Shown here: positions 39,797 to 51,055 of the stretch, piece after piece
Layout: the number at the start of each line of letters is the position of its first letter
How positions within the stretch are numbered: the stretch's first letter is position 1
Assembly: GCF_009834535.1 (NCBI RefSeq)
Contig: NC_045698.1
Coordinates: 14,758,001 to 14,822,000 of the forward strand
Source of the DNA: Camelus ferus
Taxonomy: Eukaryota
Length of the DNA: 64,000 nucleotides
Direction of reading: 5' to 3'
The notes under the pieces: generated by a model
What the model saw: the letters and a program-made list of their open reading frames with translations, nothing else
Database searches by the model: none
What the model was told of the DNA's origin: nothing
Made by a program: the position numbers and the translations under genes

Positions 39797-40590
39797 TTTT
39801 TTTCATTTTTAAAAATTGTAAATATCTTAAGTTTATACACTGATACATTTTTACATATGCCTACCCTCATGTGACTAAAACTAGACCAAGATATATAGAA
39901 CATTTTCTGAACTCTCAGTCTTCCTGTCAGTTGGTATTATTGCTTCCACCCTCAATATAAGGTTAGCCACCATTCTTAACTTGACCATCTTAGATTGATT
40001 TTGCTTGTGTTAAATTCCAAATAAATGGAATCATACTGCTTTGCTCCTTTTATGTCTGATTCTTTACTAATATTAAATACAGATGATTCATCCAAAATGT
40101 GGCAATGAAAAATTACACTCTAATGTCTACTATGGACGTGTGGGTTGGTTCAAATTGTGGTTATTTTAAAAAATAAAGGCTGTAAATATTCTTGCAATTT
40201 TGGTGGACCTATGCACTGGTTTCCTATAAGCATATACCCAGGAGTATATTTGCTGCATCACAGAATATAGATATGCTTGAATTTGGTAAGTTTTGCATTG
40301 GCTCTATAGATCAATTTGGAAAGAATAAAAATCTTATCAATATTGAGATTTCTTATGCATATAAATAATGTATCAGCCTGTTTAGTTCTCCTTTTCCTTC
40401 AAAATTTGTAGTCTTACGTCTATAGGTCCTGCAAATCTTTTGTTAATTTTATTATAAGTATTGATATTTTTGATGCTATTATATGCAGCATTGTTTATTG
40501 ATTTGATTTTTAACTGTTCTTTGCTAATACACAGAAGCATACTTATGTTTTTATACTGACCTTGTATTTTGATGCTTTGCTCTATTCACT
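39797..40590 (-). mobile_element. Old L1M fragments (3' UTR and ORF2 pieces)
   Basis: ATAAATGGAATCATAC, CATATACCCAGGAGT, TATAGATCAATTTGGAAAGAAT and TACTGACCTTGTAT are reverse-L1 hallmarks. Confidence 0.7.
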
Positions 40591-40599
40591 TTTAAGGAC

Positions 40600-41170
40600 A
40601 CACAGCAGAACAAAGCACAGCTAATGGAGTGAACTATAGGACAAGAATGGATGTCTGACAGAACAGAGTATCAGATTTGAAAGATCTGAAGTATATTATG
40701 GAAAAGGTAATATCTATGGAAGACAAATAGGTCGAATCTATGATGGATCTACATTCTAGAATGCCTTCCAAAAGGAGATGAATGAGAGAACAAAATGAAG
40801 ACTATAATGCAAACAAAATATATGAATACATTTCTAGTTGGAAAGAAGAGGCACATATCCTCAAATTAAGGACTCCAAGAGCAGAAATGACAAAAATACT
40901 ATATTCTAAAGCAATTCTATTATTATTTTAGAATTAAAACAATTTAAATTTTCTTTATCTTTAATAGTTATAAAAACAATACATACTGTATTTAAATTTG
41001 CTCCAGATTTTATATGCAACACAAGATATCACAAGTAAATGAAGAAATGTTTTCAAATCTCTAAGAAAAAATAATTGAATCTTAGCCTTCCATGAAAATA
41101 ATTATGTTTCAGTATTATTAAAAATTATTACTCTGAAAATACTACACAGAAAGATGCATAAAATAATAAG
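40600..41170 (+). mobile_element. Decayed L1 ORF1/HAL1-like fragment
   Basis: A-rich sense strand with ORF1-like wording (CAGATTTT...GCAACACAAGAT...AAATGTTTTCAAATCTCTAAGAAAAAATAATT). Confidence 0.4.
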
Positions 41171-43059
41171 GGTAGAATTTTTTTTTCTCTCTAAACAATT
41201 ATATAAATGGATTTTGAGAAGAGAGAAAAGAAGGACAAGAGATGACAGAAACTATAGAGGAAGGAATCCTCAGTGGCCAATACCAAACCCATTGCTATTA
41301 GATAACCAGTAACCAGGAGATTCTGCACAGCCAAGTTCTTTTTTTGATCAATAAAATTCCCAAAGAAAACTCATTATCTTTTTTAACACTAAATCTCCAC
41401 CCCCTGATACAGAGGGAATTAACCATTTGTGCAGAGATTTTGGTAGGAAGAGAAAGTCTCACTCCATGAGCAAGAGGGTATAAGACAGAAGCAGCTGAGA
41501 ATTGTCCATTAATCTAAGCATAGGTAGATACATTGTCATTCCATATACTGTATTCTGAGTGTCTGTATATTTTGGTTTCACTTTTAACATTTTAATACTG
41601 TTTTGATTATGTGCATAATATTAGATAGACACCTAACTTAATCTTCTTAAGCATACAGCCCATTTAACCAATAAAGTGCATTGAATATATTCTTATTGAT
41701 ATATATTCACAATATCTATTGTGTATACAAATTTCCATAAATACAGATATCTTGGGTCTAAATTTTAACACTACAGTACCTTGATTATTAAGTTTTTAAG
41801 TATATTTTGATAATGGTAAGGAGAGTCTTCCTTCAACTGATTGTTTTTAATAAGAATGCTAAGCAAATGTTTTCTAACCAATAAATTTTCCAACAGATTT
41901 CTTTGTTATTGTGTTTTATAGCATTTCATTTGAAGGCCCTATTCACACTGAGATATATGGCTTCCTGAATATTAAATTAAAATTTAAAAAATTGGGAATA
42001 AGAAAATGGGTGGAAAAACTTATAGATAATATAATTTTTCTCAGAAAATCCTATAGACAGTACTGAATAGTGTAATTCTGCCCTGCTTCACATTCCTGAC
42101 ATGCTGAAACAGAGCTCATTGCTGTGGTGAGAGGTGTCCAATGTCCTCACTGTGTCTGTCACTAAACTGGATCGTGTCTATGCTCTGTGCAAGCCACAAG
42201 AAAACAAGGAGCATTGTTAAGCACATTGATTTAAGATGCTCTATCAGAAATTCTCCTCCAAATAGGAAGTAGAACCAAAGTTCCACCACCACCCCACCAG
42301 GAACTAGCGGGTATGTTTGTATCTCCCCATATCCTTTTCCTCAATCAAGCTGGATATTCAGTGCGTGAATATACTTTATCTTTGGGTAAAGGGCCTTTGC
42401 CTTCCGTTTCCAATTTTCTGTCCTCCACCAACTCTGCCAGAAAGGCATTCTATCCCCCTTCCTTCCTGATGGGAAAGACCTCTAAATCATGTCCTCCCCC
42501 TTCCCTAGTGATAGCTGCCTTATGCTTGCCTTGGGCAAAAATGGACTGTTCCTGGCTCCAAGAACAGGAATTTTTGGCAAAAAAATTAAAAAAAAAATGC
42601 ATTGGGGGTTATTTCAAAAATTAAACTACCATTATACATGAAAATAAAAACCTCAATACTGTTCAGAATTTGACAAGTTAGAAATGATAAGAAAAATGTA
42701 AGAAGAGCAATGTGAAGCAGTTTGTACAACTTCGCAGTCACACTTTTATCACTCCCTTTATACTTTCTCATTTTGATTTTTCTATTGTGTAAGCTTATCT
42801 CATTATTTCTGTATGTTCTCTATTATTCAGATTAATGCACTGAAGTCTAGTGTAACAAAATATTGCAGACCAAATGAATGCCATAAGTGACATGTAAATA
42901 TGAGATAAAGCCAGTTTGCTCTAAAATAATCAAATTGTTTTATGTAGATATCTATCATAATTTATCAAGTGATATGAAGTTTTTTTTTTTTTGGTTTGCT
43001 TTTTTTTTAGTTTGTATGCTATTAGGGTGTTAAGGTAAAGGGGAAAAAAGCAGTAAGTT

Positions 43060-43700
43060 AATAATAGTAAGACCTCAGTTAAAATACCTGTGGGAAGATC
43101 AGATGAAATTCTCACTTCTTTATTCATATTCCAAAATAAATTCTTAAAATTAAATGATAAATATAAACATTAAAGTAAATATATATGAGAGTCATATAGT
43201 TTCTTGGTAAAAGGAGTTTCTAAGCATAAGGTAACAGACAAATGAGAAAGAAAACAAACTACAGATTTGAGAACTTAATATTGAAAATACATTTTATAGC
43301 AAACAAAGCATAACCAACATAAAAGCAAAATTATACACTGAAAAAGAGTTCTAGGATATATATATATAAGAAGGCAGAGTTAAATATGTATATATCTATA
43401 TACACATGTGCATTTATACACTGTATCTATGAAAATTATATACCCTAATAAAAATATCAGCAATTTTAATGAACCTGAAGATGCAAAACAAATGCCAAAT
43501 AACGTATTAAAATGTAAAGCTTCATCAGTAATTATAGGCTGTATGATGGGAAAGTGAAATTCTCTCAAGACATTGAAAATATGAGAAAGAAGATGACATT
43601 AGAATGGTAAACAAAAATACTAACAGATAATAGTCCCAGAAGCTATATCTTAAAACAAAAATAAAATGAACAGTAATAACCAAAAAGTAGTTAGACCTGT
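43060..43700 (+). mobile_element. Decayed L1M ORF2 3' fragment
   Basis: CCAAAATAAATTC...TTTCTAAGCATAAGG...AGATTTGA...TAAAAAGCAAAA resembles the end of L1 ORF2. Confidence 0.45.
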
Positions 43701-45039
43701 TTTGTATTGAATGTATTTAAATACATAAGGGGAGAATGTATTAAATCAAAAAAGTGGCCACCTAACTATTGCAGAAAAGACAATTTATAAGGGCAAACAT
43801 TGGCAGTGTCAACATATACCCTCCTGAGAACAGAATAGTGCCCTGAGCACCTGCTGTGTGTATGCCTTTTGCTAAGCTCAAGATATGAGGAAATCAGAAA
43901 TATTGCGAATAAAAGAGTAATAAAATTAGACCTTATTAATCTGAATCCCCACCCAATCGGCAACCTCCACCAAATTCGATGACACATATATTGTGTCACC
44001 ATGAAAAAAAATGCCTTTTTGAGCTGGCACCACTGCCCAGTCTTAACAGGGGTATCCTTGTGAGGCTTGTGGCATGTTAGAGTCCCATGTCTAATAAACT
44101 CGATGACACTGCCAAGATTGATCTTCTGAATCAGTAGCTGAGGGCTTAAACCAGTTTAGGATTGATTTACCAGGATAAATGTACCATTGGAGGAACTGGT
44201 CAATCACTCAATCACCTCACCTTCCCTGAAGACTCTGCATCAAATAGTCTGCAAAGAATAATATTGCTGTTTTCGCTTTAAAAAGCTCCATGTGCATCCC
44301 TAAAATCATCACACTGCAAAATTAAGCAATGAAGGCCACAGACCTTGTGAAAAATAGGGTGAGATGCCCAACACTCAGAACTGTCATTAGTGCCACATTA
44401 ACAACGGAACAGCCACCTAATGAAATAACTGCACAGCTTTATGCATGTTGCATGGTTAAGAAATAAAAATTAAAAATCAGTATGACAATTTACCTTCAAA
44501 AGAACCAGAGATTTGCTTGTGGACGTATGTACAACACCCTCTTCTCCTGTGTGTAAGAGGAAAAGAATAAAAGGTAGACAGAAAATGAGTGAGAGAAAAG
44601 GGAGCCAAAGAGAGAAAAAGAAGAGAGGACAGAGTGGAGCACTGTGTCCGAGGCAGAGAGGAAAGGGGAAAATTAAAGAGAGAGGAGGGTACCAGGATAG
44701 GATGGCTGTCAGAAGGATGCAGTTTGTGGGTTATCGCCAAAGGGTGGAAGGCCCCTTCTCTGAAGTCAGGCAGGTAGTTGCAACGTCAGCCGTGGATGAG
44801 TGCAGCTCCTCCTTGCCTGGTGTGCCCCCGTGTGCAGTTTTATTTTTTGGATAATTTTAGATGGCTCTGTTCAGCTGGATGAAGTTTTCTGTGTCCATTT
44901 CATGTTTCTCACAGATGAAATCACACATAAGTGGGCAAAATCTGTATCATGCTCAAATTGTTCCCTGATACATCAATTGTTTGGAAGAATGTTGGTTTTC
45001 AAGACCAGTGTTATAGCAAAACTGATCGGATTCCTCATA

Positions 45040-45214
45040 AACAAGGATCTTCAAGTTCTCATCACAAAAAAAAAAAAAAATTGTAACTTTGTATGGTAAC
45101 AGATGGTAACTAGCCTTATTGTGGAGATCATTTTGCAGTGTATACAAATATAGAATCATTATGTGGTATGCTGGAAAATAATATAACATTATGGGTCATT
45201 TTTCCTCAGTAAAA
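45040..45214 (+). mobile_element. L1 3' end (L1MA-like)
   Basis: GATCTTCAAGTTCTCATCACAAAAAAA...TGTAACT...ATTGTGGAGATCATTTTGCAGTGTATACAAATATAGAATCATTATG...CTCAGTAAAA. Confidence 0.8.
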
Positions 45215-47402
45215 GAGGCATGGGGAGAAGAATACTGATATACGTGTACAAAACCGTCACCATTGCCAGGAAGACTGACATTCTGAATGAATATTCACTC
45301 TAGATGGCTTCTCTTGATGAGGCGAAGCCCGGAGGCCCTCAACTACAGAAGCCAGGAGCACATCCCCAAACAATATTGTCCACAGAAACAGGGATGGAGA
45401 ATCAGCTACTTTAATTATTAAACAACACTCGCTCCACGTTGTTTTATTCAGCTCTCATGGTGAAAAATAAAGGATATTAAGGTGAATATATTGCACCATT
45501 TTGTTTAAAACTGGGAAGAAAATTACATACAAAAATATTTCAACATTAAAGTCACTTTATCTTTGTTTAGACCTCTCATTAATTTTTTTCTTAAACAAAG
45601 ATTTCATTAATCCAAAATTATTTTCTTAGTGACTAACGCATTCGAGAAATGTTTCAATGCTCTCTGATTCAAAATAAAACATAAAATTGCTGAGACCTTT
45701 AATCTGTTAATTCAAGGATCTTAATTTGTCAGTTAAAAATCATCTAACATTTATAACAGAAAAGGAAAGACAATAAATTGAATGTGATAGAGTGACCCGT
45801 GATAACTTTAGCTATATTCGCCACCATCACTAACTGTGGCCTAAGGAATCAGCAGTCAACATCGTCTCATTTCAGCACCACTAGTAACAGCCCTTCTCTT
45901 TCATCGTGGTGCCCAGTTGTCCTCCAGTAGTCCGTGAGGTTAACTACTGCCTCAGTCTGTGGAGATCATGCAAGTGTGAAGCCTGCTGTTTCAGTTAGCA
46001 ATCACTTCTGAAAGGGAAAAAAATATTGGCCCTGGTTCCTGTGGTTGACACCTTATACATTTCACTTCACTTTCAATTTTATTTGGATCTGCATGAGTTT
46101 CAAACCAGGTGAAAAAAATCATTTCATTATGGCCCAGCAGGGACACAAAATAATTTCACTGAAGCCCAGCTGGTTTGAAAAATGCAATGACAGGAAAGCA
46201 GGTAGGTTTCACATGTTGGCAGCTTTGGAAATCGAAGCTTTACACATCTCTGATTACATTTAAATTAGGATTTACAGTGAAGTCACAAGTGGTAACCGAA
46301 TTTTAACGATCATGCTGTAATCCTGGAACCATCTCAAACGTACTGCTAGCAGGACTGGTTTGCCAGTGCTTCTTCCCCTTGGCCTCACCTGGTGGGAATC
46401 AGGGCACAGGGCGGATCTCCACTATTCACCTTTCTAAGTCTTGAACACAAAAGAGTAGACTCCATATTTGCCATATCACTTAGTTCTCCTTCAGTGTATG
46501 TCGAGAGGTTTGATGTCTACATCCTAAACTTATGAAATGTTAATAACCGTGAGATTTGATTATGCTATTTTCTTTTAACAAGTTCGTGGTTGGTGGCCTT
46601 GAAACAAATGTCCTGTTCTCTCCCTCTTTTTCTTTCTCCCTATCGCTTTCCAAATCAGATGAAAATTAGGGTGATGAGATTAAGTACAGTTTTAAGATAA
46701 ATACACAGTGACTACACAGTTCTATACCATTTCTATATTAAGTTCCCATTATATTTAAAGGGCTGAATAAACTAAAGTTGATTTAATCTGAACTACCTCT
46801 CTTCTGTTTGGGGAGTTAGCTGTAAACACACATTAATTTCATGACTCCTCTAACAGGCATAATTGCTAGTTAGGTTTCTATTTCCCAAAACATTGGAAAT
46901 TAAGATGGGGTGGTGGAAGCTAGAACTATCACTTCTTATTCACTTCATTATTCTAAATTCATAGAAATTGATCAGAAAAACTAAACCAAACATTGCAAAT
47001 TCATTTTATAGTATATCCTACCACATTAAACCATATAATACAATTAAGAACACAACCTTCCATACTTAAAAATGCCCAAATATGTACCCTATTATCTGAC
47101 TATAATAAAGGTCACAGTCAGCCTGTTTATTTTTATCTCATTCATATCCACGAGCTGTTTAGGGTATTCCCGGTCTTTTCCTATCTGTCTCACACTTTCA
47201 TAATCTCCAGATTCTTACATTTAACTGTTATACAGATTCTCCTTCACATTTACTTACAGCAACACATTTTCAACTGGTTTCAGGTATGCCAAATTCAAGT
47301 CTTCATTATTTTGAGTAAATCTTTTCTATAAAATTCTCAAATGCTTTCTCACCTTTACTCCAAATCAAAGTCCCTTTTATTAATATGTTTGTCACTTCCC
47401 CC

Positions 47403-47650
47403 TTCAACATTAATTTAAGAACTATCTACTCAGGGCCTCTGTTGTCAAGCACAGTTTTCAGTGTTGAGCAAACAGAGATAAATATGACAAGTTCCTGTTC
47501 TCAAGAACTTTACAGATGAATATAAAGAAGTTGTATGATTATTAATACAGCTTCGGATCACAGTAGAAAATACAGTCAGTTGTCCAGTGCAAGAGAGAAA
47601 AGTGTGGAATCAAGCTTCATATGGAAGGTAACTCTAGCACTGAGTTGAAA
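47403..47650 (-). mobile_element. L2 3' fragment
   Basis: GGCCTCTGTTGTCAAGCACAGTT...ACAGAGATAAATATGACAAGTTCCTGTTCTCAAGAACTTTACAG. Confidence 0.6.
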
Positions 47651-49431
47651 AAAAAGACTCTGCCACCTTCAGGGACAATTTTCTTATCAGCAAAACTGAA
47701 CTGCCTTTTACACTGGAATCTCTGAGTGACCAGTCCCTTCCTAATTAACTCATTTAGGTCCTTGCTCTTTCCAGGAAAATGTCAGCACTTTAAAACTTGA
47801 CATTTTAAAGGAACCAGAGCATTTCTGACATCAAATCAAATACACATTAATTAAAATTAGCCCATGAAATGTCACAAAGATAAGTGAGACAAAAGAATCT
47901 ACTTTCCCCCTGCAGCTGCAAAAAACTATTTAAAAAGGAAAAATAAATAACTGTAAGAGATCACCAGTAACCATCTTTCATTTCCTTATCGTTTCCTTAA
48001 GGAGAGGATCACAGGAGACTAATGCTGCTAGGATTTCTTCATTTATTGGTTCAGTATAATTTTTTTTTAAAATTTCTGAATATAACATGCAATTACTACT
48101 TTTGATATTTGCCTATCAGAAAAACACTATATCACAAAAGAAAACACATAAACAAATAAAAAAAGCTCTTTCTGAAAATAAGCCTGAATCTTGAAAGAAA
48201 AGGATTGGAAGGTCATAATGTTAAAATAATGAGTGGTTTTATAAATTTAGTGAATTTATCCTTATGACAAACCCCTTGTATTTTTTTTTTTTATTTTACT
48301 TCAGACATATGAAAATATACTTAAAACGTAGCACCAGGACACAGATCAGGAGTGCGGAATACTTGTCTAGACCATCAGGCAATTCGTAATGTCAGTAGCA
48401 GATGGTGAAAACATGAAGCGAGGACTGTGAAAACGACCCTCTGTGAGGCTGCGTTTAACTGAAGCATTGTTGTTTTGGTGTAAGTTAGTTTCATTTTATG
48501 TTACTTTTGTATACACCTGTCATTATAAAGTTGGATGACAGTGGTTTTTATTCATGTCTTACTTTTTTGGTACACAAGAACTATTTTGGACTATCTGAGT
48601 CACAAACTTAGCTGACATTAAACCTGTCTAGCACCCATAGTTTTATAAGGTGCCTGTTGTTTATCAGGGCATGATTACTATCCACCCTTTATATCTAGAA
48701 TTAACCCAAAGTTTTCCCATTTTTTCTCACTGACTCATTTGTATTTCACTTAGTCACACTTCAATGTATTTCAGCACAGGTTTTGAAACTGCCTTAACGT
48801 GAGACAGGAAAGTTTTCTACTACTTTGGGAAAGTTGGGTGATAAGAAAAAATATATATAGTGTTTTTCCTCTTAATATGAAATGTGACATGCTAAAATAT
48901 CATGAACAAATGAAAAGGAGTTAACATCAGTCATAACTAACCTAACGTACAATAAGCACAACTGGTGACCACCTGAAAAGATACAGGAAGTCATATTAGT
49001 AAGAAATGAGACTCCTTTGTCCTCCCTAAATGTATCTCACAATAGACATAAGGGCCCGTCATAGCAGGGGCCATACCAATTTCTGCCAGAATATTATTTC
49101 ACAGATAGGTCACTTGGCCATGATACATCTTCTATGTTGGAGATCCACTGATGTAAGACAATGAAATTCAACAAAGATAAGACTGGTAGACAGGCCAAGC
49201 CCCTGAAGTTCCCAGACAATGAAAGATCTTTCATAATGTAGAAATAAGGTAGAATTCCATAATGTATTTCAAAACAAATTGCACATGTAGAAAGAACACA
49301 TCACAGAATATAGCTTGGTTTGAACATCACAGCTATTCACCTTGGTTAAAGCTGCTACTCATACATTTACTGAACAAAGTAACACATTCACTATTAAGTA
49401 CATAATCACTCAATTTAAAAGATAATATAGA

Positions 49432-49576
49432 GGGGGATGGGGTACAGCTCAGTGGTAGAACGCAGGCTTACACAAGGTCCTGAGTTCAATCCCCAGTGCC
49501 TCCATTAAATAAATAAATAAATAAACCTAATTACCTCTCCCCTAAAATGAGTTAAAAATATATATATTTTTAATTA
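49432..49576 (+). mobile_element. tRNA-derived SINE, camelid Vic-1-like
   Basis: G-rich 5' end, Pol III A-box CAGCTCAGTGG (49445-49455), B-box GAGTTCAATCC (49482-49492), then CCCAGTGCCTCCATT(AAAT)nAAACCTAATTACCTC. Degenerate TSD at 49417-49431 and 49577-49591 (11/15). Confidence 0.85.
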
Positions 49577-50377
49577 AAAAAATAGCATAAAACCCTGAAG
49601 AAGAGTCAGTATCATCTAGCACAGATGATAACTCTCTGACAGTGGAACGCACGACCCTTCTGCCATTCTCCCTCCCATTACTGTTCCTCTTCTCTCTTTT
49701 CTTTCAAGAACAATCACCCTCCTTCTACTCCACTCTCTCTTCTAGACCCTCCACTCCACCCAGCAGCCCTGAGTAACTTGGGGAGGGATGATGCCCTAGC
49801 GGAGGGCTGACACTGTTATTTTACTGTCATACCTGTGCATTACATTTACTATCATGAGGGCATTGATTATAAAGTGACACTGATATCTGAGCACATGATC
49901 AACAGTCCAGTCTCATCATCAACTATTACTACCTGAAGGAAATTTTGCTTTGATTTGCACAGCTATTCTTATGTATGAAATTTTCTTCAGAAACAAAACT
50001 ATGGTGCAAAAGTAAGTGTCATTACTCAATCACTAGCTCTGTTCAAAATCAAATGGCAGTATATTGTATCAGGTGGCTTATTCAATTCAAAATAGATATG
50101 AACACAAGAGGAGATGTTTAGTTCCTTTCAGAGAAGATGTGTTGTAGAAATGAAAAGTTTCAAAAATTGTGGCCACATTAAGAATCACGGCTAAATACTT
50201 ATAGAAAATTAAGAACTATTAGTCTTTCTTAGTGTAAGTATGATCCTTCGATGACTCCATTAAAGGTACCTGAGGTGCCTATTTGCATAAGCATTCCCTG
50301 GGTCCCAGCCTATACAGTCAAAGTAACCAGAGGAGGGGCCTGGGAATCTGTATTTACAGTGGTCTTTCCAGATGCTT

Positions 50378-50451
50378 ATTTTTAAATTGAGGTATAGTTG
50401 ATTTACAATGTTGTGTTAGTTTCTGGTCTACAACAGTGATTCAGTTCCACA

Positions 50452-50483
<32 letters not shown>

Positions 50484-50880
50484 ATTTTTCATTACAGGTT
50501 ATTATAGGATATTGAATACAGTTCTCTGTGCTATACATAGGACCTTGTTGTTTATTTATTTTATATATAGTAGTTTGTATCTGCTAATCCCAAACTCCTA
50601 ATTTATCCCTCTCCTCCTTTAACCTTTAGTAACTGTAAATTTATTTTCTATGCCTATGAGTCTGTTTCTGTTTTCTAAGTAAGTTCATTTATATTATTTT
50701 TTAGATTCCACATATAAGTGATATTGTATGATATTTGTCTTCCTCTGTCTGACTTACTTCACTTAGTATGACAATCTCCAGTTCCATCCATGTTGCTGCA
50801 AATGGCATTATTTTCTTTTTTATGGCTGAGTAGTATTCCCTTCTGTATGTGTATGTGTATATATATACACATATACATAC

Positions 50881-50917
<37 letters not shown>

Positions 50918-50922
50918 CTACA
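50378..50922 (-). mobile_element. 5'-truncated L1 3' end (cetartiodactyl-type) with exact 11-bp TSD
   Basis: TTTTTAAATTGAGGTATAGTTGATTTACAATGTTGTGTTAGTTTCTGG...TTAGATTCCACATATAAGTGA. TSD TCCAGATGCTT at 50367-50377 and 50923-50933. Confidence 0.92.
50883..50910. repeat. (AC)14 microsatellite
   Basis: Perfect AC dinucleotide run at the truncated end of the L1. Confidence 0.95.
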
Positions 50923-51034
50923 TCCAGATGCTTCTTATCCACTCTAAACTGGGAAAGTATTTGAAGACTATGGCATCCTATGTAACCCAGTATCCTTTAA
51001 CTCTCATCAGGCTTACTAGGTTCTGAAGTGGTGG

Positions 51035-51055
51035 CTCAGCACCACGGTCAGATTC
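51035..51055 (+). promoter_or_regulatory. Candidate REST/NRSF RE1 (NRSE) site
   Basis: CTCAGCACCACGGTCAGATTC vs consensus TTCAGCACCACGGACAGCGCC: 16/21, canonical half-site spacing, one mismatch within positions 2-17. Confidence 0.4.

Larger units (their letters stand above)
50155..50965. mobile_element. MER5-like hAT element split by an L1 insertion
   Basis: CACATTAAGAATCAC...CCTGGGTCCCA...GGGGCCTGGGAATCTGTATTT...TTCCAGATG, resuming after 50922 with CTTATCCACTCTAAAC. Confidence 0.6.

Noticed and set aside
43801..43822. miR-34/449-like 5' end TGGCAGTGTC
   Set aside because: Only the first 10 nt match, and there is no local pre-miRNA hairpin; the complement lies ~300 bp away.
44477..44854. 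Overlapping 87/113/62-aa ORFs
   Set aside because: A purine-rich low-complexity tract lacking stops gives R/K/E-rich or S/L/F-rich pseudo-peptides.
49432..49505. tRNA gene
   Set aside because: It has A/B boxes but no complete cloverleaf, and is followed by a SINE tail and TSD.
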